In this document: in pieces, positions 40,990 to 52,194 of the stretch
How positions within the stretch are numbered: the stretch's first letter is position 1
How the letters are laid out: each line of letters starts with the position of its first letter
Source: Klebsormidium nitens
Taxonomy: Eukaryota; Plantae; Klebsormidiophyceae
Direction: 5' to 3'
Assembly (NCBI GenBank): GCA_000708835.1
Contig: DF237164.1
Location: 62,001 to 126,000 of the forward strand
Length of the DNA stretch: 64,000 bases
Position numbers and translations under genes: made by a program
Notes under the pieces: generated by a model
Database searches by the model: none
What the model was told of the DNA's origin: nothing
What the model saw: the letters and a program-made list of their open reading frames with translations, nothing else

Positions 40990-43066
40990 AACGAGCCAAA
41001 GAAAACGACCCAGTCATCAATAAGCCAATCTAGCTCGAAGATCAACCGGTTCGCCGCATATCCAAGCCGTTTGAACAGAGCTTCGGGATCTGCAACGCAG
41101 ACGGAGGGGCATGTTAAAGAAGTAGTTGCCTGTAAGGACAAAATTGCATGCAAACGTTCCGGTGGACAGCGGACAAGGGATGCTCTCAGGCCCTTCGAAA
41201 GAGCACAAAGGGGTTCGTTCGCCGAGCTCTTTGCAACCTCAATCTTCTACCAGATCGTCAGAATGATAAAGAAGATGGACGACAAATTGCAAAAGTGGCC
41301 AACCGATGCATTTCTGGGAACAATTCAATGATCCAGCATACGTTGAATGTACTTTACCAGGTTGGCTCTGGAGAAGTGTTGCATAAACGACGCTAGATAC
41401 ATCAAGAAGCTCTGTTCCAGCTTCATTGTAAGGAGACAAAAGATTCGCACATTAAGAGTGCTTTACGATCTATGGTTGTGGCTCTTCGCTCCAATCGAAG
41501 AATCTGGATCGCTTCAAAGACTTTCATCTACCAAACAGCAAATGTAACGCTTGGGTTTTGCAAACGAAGGACCGGTTACAGCTTATCTACTTGATGAAAG
41601 CAATCGAGGGAAGTGAAAGATCCACAGAGTTACCGGAGTTGATAGCAAAGCTTACCTGCTCGTATCACAATAGGATTATCTCTAGTCAGACCAGCCCCAT
41701 TCCATGACAGGAAGGTCCAGTCCAAACCCCTCCTCTCATCCACCTCCTTGCCATCCAGAGTGTACATCCCAGAATCTTCTAACTTAAAATGAGTTGCTAA
41801 ATACGGAGCGTCTCCGAGGAGACGGATCATGTCATTTTCTTCCAAGGGGATTTCTCGTACGTCGTCTCCGTACTGAAACCAGAGCTTGCGGTTGGGCTCA
41901 TTTCCAGGTACTTGCAGGCGTAAGGAACGCTCATAGTCACCTGGAAACCATTAATTTGAGAATGTTAGAGAGTTGACCAATACTGAGAACGACCAACTTG
42001 AAGTCTGGGGCTGAACTCTCGGACGGTAAGAAATCAGAGCTTTGCGACAGGTCTGAAGAGGATTCCCCAAAAGGATCGTCCAGCTGGAGCCTCCGCAAAT
42101 CCATGATCACGGCTGACCAAATCAGAAGTTGCGCTTGAAGAATACCGGTGTCTTTCCCCTTCAAGAGAAAGCCCGAGAAGGGATAAAGTTCTCTCCTTAT
42201 ATGCACTTGCGGACGTCGACTATTTCATGAATCGTACAGGGGACATTTAATTCACTACTTAGAAAGGTACTGAACATCGAGATGAGTGAAAGCTACATCT
42301 AACCTCGATTTGCCAAAGTGACTCCTTACAGCCTAGAACAAAAAGATGGTCTTTGTAACGGTCAGAACAGCCATGCAACAGGCGCTCCCACCTTGGACCT
42401 TCCTGCTGCTGCTTACCAGGTGAGCAGAGTTTCTGTATTGCACGTTCACAATTTTCTACACATGGTCAACACGTCCCTTCAACCTCGTTGAACAAACATG
42501 TCAAATAGAGAAGTAACCTTGAACAAATATGTTGAAAAGAAAAGAACGTAATAGTCGTTAATCTGCCCTTTTGGTGTTACAAGTGCTTTGTAAAATGACA
42601 AAAGCTCGCAATTGGCTTTCGATAATGAACTATTCCGCATATGTTAATTCTCTCGAACACGTTCTGCCGTCCAGTAATATAGCCCTGATACAGACCGTCA
42701 GATTCAAAGGGACTGGTTTAAACCGAGCGCAACCGTTTGCTCACAATTTTTCCTGGCTGTCTCCATCCAATCATCCTCTGCTTGACGACGTTCATGATCT
42801 TTCTGGGAGAGCAGAGCTTGGCAGTGCCGATGCCGGTCTGCGAGCTTTGTAATCTCCTCTTCTTGGGCTCCTCTCTCCAGTGCTGTCTCAGCGAGTGCTC
42901 GTGCTGTCCGTTCGCACTCTTTATGGATTACCACCCATTCTTCTAAGCGCTTTCCTTCAAGAAGACGGTGCTCATATTCAAGCGACCAAGCCCACGGAGT
43001 TGGAACAAACCCCTGGAGAGCCAGCAGGTTCCGCCGCCATGGGAAGACCACACAACCGCAGAACAT
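40990..43066 (-). CDS. Putative orphan multi-exon gene (coiled-coil exon followed by phase-1 symmetric exons); ends uncertain, possibly a pseudogene
   Basis: Candidate exons 43012 (or ATG at 43066)-42745, 41940-41656 (285 nt), 41420-41358 (63 nt) and 41089-about 40990. Three consecutive GT-AG junctions, all phase 1, join them into one open frame. No family was recognised with certainty. Confidence 0.45.
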
Positions 43067-43236
43067 GGTCGGTGTTGCCGCAAGGAGACAGAGTGGATTT
43101 AGTAGGTGATTTAACAAGCAGCGTGTTTTGGAAATCAACCAGCCACCACAAGGAGACAATGCCCAGTCTCAGGAAGCGTGTGGTGCAGGCCGCCGCGCGC
43201 GGCCGCTTGGTCGCGCCGCGTCCGGCCCGAGGGGGC

Positions 43237-43277
43237 GCGTGCGGGGTTTATCGCGGAGGTAGTTTCAAGGTTTGAAA
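43237..43277. repeat. GC-rich dispersed repeat, copy 2
   Basis: gcgtgcggggtttatcgcggagg...aaggtttgaa, preceded by a GC-rich tract at 43190-43236. Confidence 0.55.
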
Positions 43278-43904
43278 TGCTGGAGCCTGCAAAGGAATTC
43301 GTAAACCGAGCTGGTTTGAGTGCTTGACCAAGGATTGACCACGCAAGGATGGCTCCAGAGCTCGACTGCATAACCATAAACTTGGTGTCGGATTTCCGGA
43401 TGTCGGATTTGCAAGGCTCCCATCATCGAAGAGGACGGGCCGGTCGGTACCTACCCCCGCCTTCATTCTCGCGCCAAAATTTTGCAGATCTTGCTCTCCG
43501 CGCCAGTTCCGACCAATGTCCTCAAGGCGAATTGGCGCGAGCTAGAGCACGCCTAGCTGCAATTGGCCTGGGCTGGACTGCACATCATATGAGACTAAGG
43601 CGATGTACCGTAATATATGCATAATCCGTAATATATGCCACTCGATGTAATACATACCTAGTGCCTCAACCCCAAGTGAACTGTAAATCCAGAATTCGTA
43701 ACCCGTATAAATACCCGCTTCACACCCGTACCCACACTAAACCCGTGTACTAGCCCTACCCATTTCAGTACAGTGATACCGTGGTATTATCTCAGCTTAT
43801 TTGATTACCTGTCTTTCTTTATTTGTACCGTCCGATGAACGGTACCCTTGAATTTATGACGAAGTCGGCGGTCGGAACCGAGCCTCTGCTGGCTACGACT
43901 CTCC

Positions 43905-44035
43905 AAAATCCGACACCGAGAAATCCGACACCAACTTTCTGGATAATTCGACAGCTGCTTATTCCCAGCTGGACAGAAATCGTCAGCACAGAAATCGTCA
44001 GCACAGAAATCGTCGGCTTATTCCCAGCTGGCTAG
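43905..44035. repeat. Cluster of short tandem duplications upstream of CCDC61
   Basis: aaatccgacacc x2, cagaaatcgtc x3 (15-bp period), gcttattcccagctgg x2. Confidence 0.8.
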
Positions 44036-44249
44036 TGTAGCTAGGGCGGCCAGCTGGACCTCCTGTTTCCAAAGGCTCCCCACTACAGCTACGATTTTCC
44101 TTGGCCACGCTGACTACGCTGGCATGCTCTTTAAGTTTTACTCTCTTTTAAAGAAGAGGTAGCGCTTGGTGGAAGCGGAACCATGGGAACTCTGATTGAA
44201 CATCTTCGTACTGTCTTCTTCACCAATTAGCAATCTCTATAAGATGATC

Positions 44250-47200
44250 ATGGCAACAGACTTCGAGCAACATGCCGAATTGGTCCTGCACAATCTGGAA
44301 TACTTGTTGTGCGTCTCCGTGCGGAATGGAGATACCTTGTGCGTGGAGGTCGAGCAGAGAAACGATGGGAGCAGATGGAGAGGGGAATTTGAAGCTCAAT
44401 GTGAGTCATGGGTAGGCATAAACTGACAATGAAGCAAGAGAATTTTCTCTTGCAATGCACTATCAAATTGCGCATGTCGTTCTTTACTTTTTCGTTTGTT
44501 TCTCTCCTATGGCGCTTGAGCAAAGGCTAAGTCTTGCTGCAGACGTGGAGGAGATCACGCAGAAGACGGGGAGCTTCAAGCGCTTCCCAATATTTGTCCG
44601 GATGCTCCGGTCAGCTGTCACTCAGGAGAGCGAGAGTGTCTTTGTGGACTTGCTTTCATACACGGACCTGGAAGCTCTGAAAAACAAGTAAGTCGACCTT
44701 TCAAGCGCACACCAAATCTGCACGGGGACTCGTTTGGCTCCATGCAAAGGGGTTATGGGTGTCAATGCAGTGTCTTGCGTACATCTCAGCCTGCTGCCTG
44801 CCCTTTCTAGAAGTTCATAAGTTGAGTGAGCTGAACCGAGTTTGCAGGAAAGCGGGGGCCCAGGCGGCAGGATCAAGACGCCCCACTTCCAACAACAAGC
44901 GCTACCTCATTCTCACATACACGGCAGAATACGACAGGTAATTCCAACTGGGATTGGTCACCTGATCTAGGGCCGATCAGATTTCCTCCTGAACAGGGCA
45001 GAACGTGATTTCCTTGATGCTGCGGTACTGAAAGTGTGGTAAAAGCGATGCAAGTGATTGGTGATTCAGCTTACCAAGGTCAATGAAGCCATGAGACTCT
45101 TTAGGACACCTTCGTAGGAGTCCTGTTTGCTTAGAGCTGAACTGTATGCTCCCATCTTCTTGCAGGGTCCATTACCCCCTCCCTCTGCTCTATGAAGAGC
45201 ATCCAGAGCCAGTTGCACTGAAGGGAACCATCAAGCGCTTGCGGGACGAAGTAGAGTTTCTCCGCTCCCAACTGACCTCAAACATCTCGCGTTCCCCAAA
45301 GCTCAACACGCGAGCTGGACTAGCTAGCAGAGACTCAGACGTAGACCGGTTGAAAGAGGAGAACGAAGCTCTTCGAGAGGAGCTGCAAAGTTTGCAAGAG
45401 GATGGGGCCCATGCAAGGCCAGATGGCGAAGAAGGAGGGGCGGCAGAGCAGATTGGAGAGTTGCAAAACCAGTTGGATCGGGCCAAAAGGGAGAACAGGT
45501 TCCTGCAGGCAAAGCTTGATGCGTCGGTGAGCCCACACATCTTTCCCTTTGAACAGAGGCAGCAATTTCGTGTAACCACTCACTCTAGATGGTTGTTGTG
45601 ATTGTGAAGGAGTTTTGGACCCTGAATTCACGTGCTAGACGTTCTCGATTGCTTTGGATATGTGGGTCATTGAACCCGGTCCTCTTTCGCACACATCGAT
45701 GTTTCAAGAGTAGCTCTCGCATGGTAAAGGGTTAGCAACCCCTTCTCGAGTTCAGAGATGGCACCGTATTTGATGTATATCTGACGGACGAGTTCACCGC
45801 CTGTGTCCCGTCAGCATCATAGTCACTGTATCAGAGGCACAGAATCTGGAACTTTCCTCCCTGTCACAGTGTGAGGAGCTGGGAAGGCTCAAGCCCGGAA
45901 GAAGCCAAGCTGAGCGGGAACTCGAGATGCTGCGAAGGAGGATACAACGGATAGAGGTGAGGCCTTCCCTGGTCAATGTGCCAACTTTCGGATAACCACG
46001 AGGGAAACACCACGAACGAAGGAGTGGTCATAAAGCTTTTGTATTCATCTGAAGGAACTGGTTGTACGTCAGCTTTGAGACAACGTTTCCGCATTCTTCG
46101 ATCTCATGTCCATGGTCATTTCTCCTGCTTCGACTTTTGCATTCGGTGGCAAGGTTAGAAAAGTCGAGCGCTAGTGTGGTCTCAAAACTTTGGCGGGCCC
46201 ATGCGTTCATAGCCTTACCCATTCCTGCTCAGATCTTGATGTTACTAAAGCCTCGCTGAACATCTTGACTTATGGAGGACTTCTCGCTTCGTTTCCTTTC
46301 TGAACTCCCAACTCCTGTGGTCAACTCTGAAACGAGCCGTACTTCTCTCAAAGGTCCCTTTTCCTTGTCTCTTCATGCCGCTTCCCGCAGCAAAGGCCCC
46401 CATTTTGCACGCCTCTTCGTTTCTTTTTCGCTGGTCCCCACTTTGGGACATGTTCTTCCTCCCGCGTTGAGCCAGCTCATGATCACGCATTCATCTTCAG
46501 GAGGACGCCACCGCTGAGCGCAACACACACAAGCGCGCGGTGACGCGACTGGCGAAGGAGAACGCGGGGTTGACGGACGAGCTTCAGAAGCTGAAGGAGG
46601 TGGAGAAGCGACTCCGGGTGAAGCTCCGCGAAGCTGAGGGTCAGCTCGACATCCTGCGCCGCAGGTGAGGGCTCTCCGATTGTCGCTGATCTGAGAAGAT
46701 GTGCCAGTGGCTTGCGAGAAGGTCCTCTGTTCAATCCTCGTTCTGACAAAGGCGCCTGAAACGAGTGGGCGATGTTGTCAGTGTTCTGGACTAAAGATCT
46801 GTTCCATCGTGGAACGGAGCATCTGAAGGGTGCTCGGAAGATAATGATCGGGCAGCGTTGGGTCCTCCTTTTTTCCTGATTGCTCCCTAAACCAAACTAG
46901 AACACCTCCGCTCCTTAGCTGCACGGTTTCTATCTTGTGAGCCCGAACCCACCGGTAATGCTGAAGGCGAAAGTCAACAACCGGCTTTGGCATACAGTCC
47001 CGTTAGCCCATCGTTCAGGCTCGTCGTGGGATCGTCTATCAGGTGTTAGAAGCGAGGCTGTCACTCCAGTACTTTCAGGCCGCATTTGTCGATCGCCGTG
47101 CACTTATAACGGCTTCTTCCACAGAGAGAGGGACCGGATTCAGCACGTAAGCCTCTGCAGTCTCGCTGTCAATCTATCAACAGATCAGGATCCTGATCAG

Positions 47201-49948
47201 TCTAGTCGCTTGCGGTCTCCAGGCTGAGCCTTCGGGGCCGAGAGACGGCTCCGTTGAAAGGGCGGCCTTCCGCCCCCAACAGCCGGAACCCCTCCCCAGC
47301 CACGTCGCGGAACCCGACGCCGCCCGTTACGGCCAGGGATCAGAGCAACAGGAGTCGCAACCCCTCCCCTCGGTTCCCCACTCGGGATATCAGCCCACCC
47401 GCGTTCAGACGACCCTTCGCTGCCGTCAACAGAAGCTGGACACCTCCATGTGAGTTGTGAACTGGCCGAGGCTTTATTCGACCGGGTCTATCCATGAAAC
47501 CGATTGTTTGTCAGAGGAAGACTGGAGACGCTTGATGGTATTTGGAGGACTAATAATGACTCCGGTCGTAGCGCTGCGCCTTGAATAGTCGATCACGTCG
47601 ACGGGCCACCATTTTCAAGATCAGAGTACACCCAGTGCTACATGCGACAAGGAGAGACGTCCTCAGGAAAGATCAACAAGCTGCATAGATGTCAAACGCA
47701 GAGTTTCTCAGATGAGGATCTATTCAGCTAAGGTGGAGGATCAAGAACTGGGTTGCAGGATCTGCTTGGCAAGAAATGACACGATTGGCCCCTTTGATCA
47801 GTGCAAAGCCAAAACTTGATCGAGTCGCTTTTGCAGCCTCCCGGCCTCCTTCAAGGCCCGCCTCCGCGCCAACAACTTACCGACGATTCGACCCGACTGC
47901 ATACGTACGGGAACGTTCAGAAAAATTGCGGCAGGGCCGCGCTGGTAGCAGCGAACGGCAAAGGTCGAGCAGTGCGGACGCCAGGTACGGGCACGAACTG
48001 AGTTTTCAGTGTTGTCCTGTTGGGAAAGCGCAGGTCTGTCAGGTCGACTTTCTGGTAGAAGCGCCCGCTGCAAAGTGGCCGATTCGTGCGTTTTGGATGG
48101 TTCGTTGGAGGCGCGTTTGGGTTAAGCGAGCAAGTAAAATAATTGCTGCGATCTGCAAAAGGCGCCCCGGGCGGAGAGGAGCTAATCGGACCCGCTTGTT
48201 GCTTGCTTGCTTGCTTGCGTAGGTCTCGTCCAATGAGACATGCATGGCTCCTGCACAGTTCAATTTAAGCTTGCACTTTTATCTTACAGAGCTTCCTGTT
48301 GAGTGCGGTATGATGATGTCCATCACCGGCAAAACGCCCGAACCGTTGTTGCTTCCCCAAGCACCTCCGCTTTTTGGACGATCGGTTGTTTGCTTTTGGC
48401 AACTTGCCTTGAAGTCCACCCCAAGGGGTCCGTTCGCGGGATCGACACTGAAGGGTACACGGCTCGGGCTGTGGATGAAGCAGCCCTGACTACAAGTATT
48501 AAGTAGTCTTTTGAACAAACGATGCTGAGATCCGCCTTGTTTAAAGCCTCTTACGTTCTCTTACTCTTCTATCCATTTCCCCCCGCACACTTGTCCGTTG
48601 CGACCCGCCACCTCTTTCCCGCTCACCCCTCATACACGTTTCAAGGCTCCCATCCAACCCCCTCAGTCGCGTCTCTCTCCTCTCAGGGACAGCGGTCCTG
48701 ACGTCCCTCGTGGCGTTCCGCGGTACCAGCGCGCGACCGCGGCAGCGAGTGCGCGAGCCCGCGGGTTTTCCAGTGCGTCCCCGAGCCCTGTCCGCGAGCG
48801 CTCGCCTCAGACGCGGCAGTGGGGGCAGAACGGCCGGGAACAGCCCGCGGCGCCGGTTAGAAGGTGAGTTTTGCGCGCCTGCGAAACAATGAAGCTCTGC
48901 TTGGTGCTATTCAGAGAAAAGTCCGAACAGGATCAACGGCTGGCAAAAATTGGTTAGTTGCATTGCCGGGGTTGTTTGCCTGGGTAAACGTGGCAGTCGC
49001 GAACATCACGTCCTGTTTTAGCGACCTTGAGAAGGGCGTTCAGACAGTGAAGGAAGCGAGCTTTGGTATTCCCGCATGTTATCCGGTGCTGGATTGACTG
49101 TTATAGATAATAGCAGGCAAATCGTATGACTTGAGGGCAACATGGAAACGAGCGGTGCTCATCCGGTTGTGCAGATCAAGTACGGAGTACAACCGACCGC
49201 CAACGGGGTTGCAAGGAGGACGGTCGGCGCCTGTCAGCCCTTCCCGCGCGGATTGGGACCGAGTCGGAACCAGGAACGGAAACGGAAACGGAAACGGGCT
49301 CCCGCCCCGACTGGACGAGGACCCGTTGCAGCCCTCGTCCCGGTCGAGCTCCCCGGGGCGCGCCCTGCGAGACGTCAAAGAACGGCTAGCAAAGTAAGCT
49401 GCGTGTTAGTTCGCGAACGCCATGCGTGTCTGGGGTATATGCGCAGGCGAAACGGGGGTTTGTTGCTTCGTAACTGCCGGTAGTCATTAAAGGTCGTTTA
49501 GCGTAACGGGGACGAGATTTGCAGGTTCGACGGTCTTCACAACCTCTGTTCTTCTCATGTTCTCTTGTAGTCCCTTTATTGAGCCTGCTTTGCTCTGCGG
49601 GGTGACGGCTGGGAACGTGGATCGACGGATTTGCTTTACTCTGACAGCTTTGTGAATCGATGTCAGGGAGAGTGAAGCGGCCGTGCTCATAACGCTGTGT
49701 ACAATTGCAGGTACGTGAGCAAAGAAAGCGGAGAGTCGGTGCCCGGCTCGAAGCCGGCCAACGACCTTGAAGGTCTGGCCTCTGGTTCGGATGCCGGCAG
49801 GCTAGCTGCCACAGAACCGCAAAGTGTTCACGCCATTGCCGATGACACCAGTGCGGAAATAGCTGACATTGACTCCCGCTTGCATGCGTTGCAAAACTTT
49901 TTGCGGGCTGCAAAAAGTGCATCTGGTGGGCACAGTAGTGTATCATAG
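44250..49948 (+). CDS. CCDC61: Coiled-coil domain-containing protein 61 / VFL3 (basal body and centriole protein), about 668 aa, 11 exons
   Basis: Exons 44250 (or 44244)-44400, 44543-44687, 44848-44937, 45166-45526, 45870-45956, 46501-46664, 47223-47449, 47837-47984, 48687-48863, 49175-49393, 49711-49948; 2007 nt, in frame. N-terminal head domain WRGEFEAQYVEEITQKTGSFKRF...KRYLILTYTAEYDRVHYPLPL, RRFDPTAYVRER, and C-terminal EIADIDSRLHALQNFL. Low-complexity middle exons are less certain. Confidence 0.9.
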
Positions 49949-52194
49949 GGGAACCTTTGCTAAGACAGGTTCTATTTATAGCCTAAGTCAGTGGAGTTTT
50001 ATAATATTGTGACCTAATTTTCTTAGGAGACAAGGATCCGTTCTGTTCTCGTCGAGACCCTTCTCTTGTCGAGAAAGTCAGTATAGACACAACCAAGAGT
50101 TTCTTCCAATTGAGATAGTTCTAGTCGTTATCATCTACCATGGAGAACTGATTTGTGGACCTGCTTGTACTTGTGAGAGCATTTCGAGGATATTGAAAGT
50201 AAACTCTGTAGTGCACAGCAACGAGCAAGACTCATTGTTGGTACAGCCAGAATCGGTATATGGATCGGTATAGTTGAAACAGCTCGGAGTTCCCCTGAGT
50301 CTGCACTTCATCAACCAGCTCTAGCTACCTGCTTGCAATCATCTGAGTCCACCTGGCATAATGGTCAATCCGGGCTCCCTATGTATGCGCCCTTTCCAGC
50401 ACGCCACGTCGCGTGCATGTAAGTTTGACCATGTGTGAGGCCGACTCGATTGAGCTTGTCTCGGCATACGAAATCGCGCGTGCCAATATGTCCGGCGGGG
50501 CCGACCTGCAATTTAGCGCGGGCGGCAACGTTTGCTGGAATGAGGTAATCATAGCTAAGGTAGGGCGGCCTGCCGCCATGGCGGGCCCGTTCAATGACGA
50601 GTGCAACGGATCGGACACGACTCCGGTCACGCCCCGCGGCGGTCGCGACCTCGGAACCGTGACAGGCGGCCGCCCGCCGCGTCGTCGGAGCCAGCGTCAA
50701 AACCGTCGATGGGATCTTTGCAATTGGAGGTTGTCTGTCCGATTTTAGATGCGCGCGCGCCGGAACCTTATTTAACCGGGAGGAGCAGCGACTGTACTGG
50801 TTGGGGCGGTGGCATGCATGACCGCGTACCTACCGGTTTACAATTATCAATAGGTATAGGTAGGTACCTATATAGGTACGGTAGGTAGGAGCCGGTGCAC
50901 GCTGAGTGGGTACACGTATACCGTTCTAACAACTAGCACGTACATAGCAGTTCTGCTTTAACCTTTGGGTTATGACATCAGTTGACAGGATACCCCCGTG
51001 AATAGGAACACCTTGGTACGCCACAGGTGACATGCATGGTAAGATAGTATTCGTCCTGCAGCTGGCTGCTGGCCTCACATGTCACCTTCCATATCATGCT
51101 AGGTTACCTTATCATGGTAGGTACCAGTCTCTGATTCCTGCCTCTAAAACACACCAAGCCTCAAGGCATCGAGGACTACCTACCTGCAGCTTCACAACAC
51201 TTACCTACTCTATTCTACCCTGACATCACGTTCGCACGATCAGGCGCTCGTGGTCTCACCAACAGTTCGTCAGTTTGAGCTCCTTGCTGCCAGAGACTTC
51301 TGGGAGCTGAGTTCTGTGCTTACCACCCATTTTCGAAACAAGTCATCTCACGAGAGACAAGTCGGGCAGTTTGACGCAAAGTGCCCCATCAGCTAGCTCT
51401 TGTGCAACGATATGGTAAGGAGAAGGCCACCTCCTGTTGATTTCCATACGAAATATTGTGGCAGACGGCGTGCTTTTCTACTTTCAATCAAATCAATAGG
51501 GGCGAAAAGTATCACGAGATCATCGCACTTCTTTATCTTTAACGTGATTGGGAGTTGCTTTTTGGTTGAATGCCTACGTGCGTCAGTAAAATGTTCAGAG
51601 CTGGGCCCTGGAGCAGTACTAGAAGGTTCTCAACGCTAAGCAAAAGCAATCAGCATTGACAAACTGGCCCACGCAGCTTCGCTTGTAAATACGCAGCTCT
51701 AGCTGTTTAGCTCCAGCACATATTGGGTGTGACAATCGAAGAACTATTCGGTAGTTTGCCACCTGAAGTTTTATATCAAGCTTAGTCAAATGCAAAAGGT
51801 GTGCAGAGCAGGATCAAGCATTGAAAGCCACAATCTATCCACAAAGCAAGGCAGGTCTGCAGGAAGATGTTCAGACTCCCTACCCGCCAAAATAGCGCAA
51901 GCCCTGTACTCGCCACTGAAATCGGCATGGTTTACAAGTGCGGCAAGACGAGACGCTGAGAGTGTGATTGAATCCTCTTGCTGACCCGTTAATGGAGCTA
52001 TCGGCTGCTAACCAGGCTGATTACCAGACTGAGTCTCGGGTTATGGGACAAATAAACGGGCTTTAAGCTAGGTTAACGTTCATTTCTGGTTATCGGGCAG
52101 TCAACCAGAGTTGAACCAGTCCATAGCGAGCCCATGACCATTTCTGATTACGGACCAAAAATTTCCGGAATTCCCTTTTCAGGCCGCCACTGTG

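Noticed and set aside
42417-42455. 39-nt phase-1 candidate exon (NCERAIQKLCSP) within the orphan gene
   Set aside because: Joining it directly after the 42745 donor creates T+AA, a stop codon, so it was left out of the model.
44175-44192. ggaaccatgggaac resembling an RFX X-box upstream of ciliary gene CCDC61
   Set aside because: The 5' half-site does not match GTT, and RFX factors are not known from green plants.
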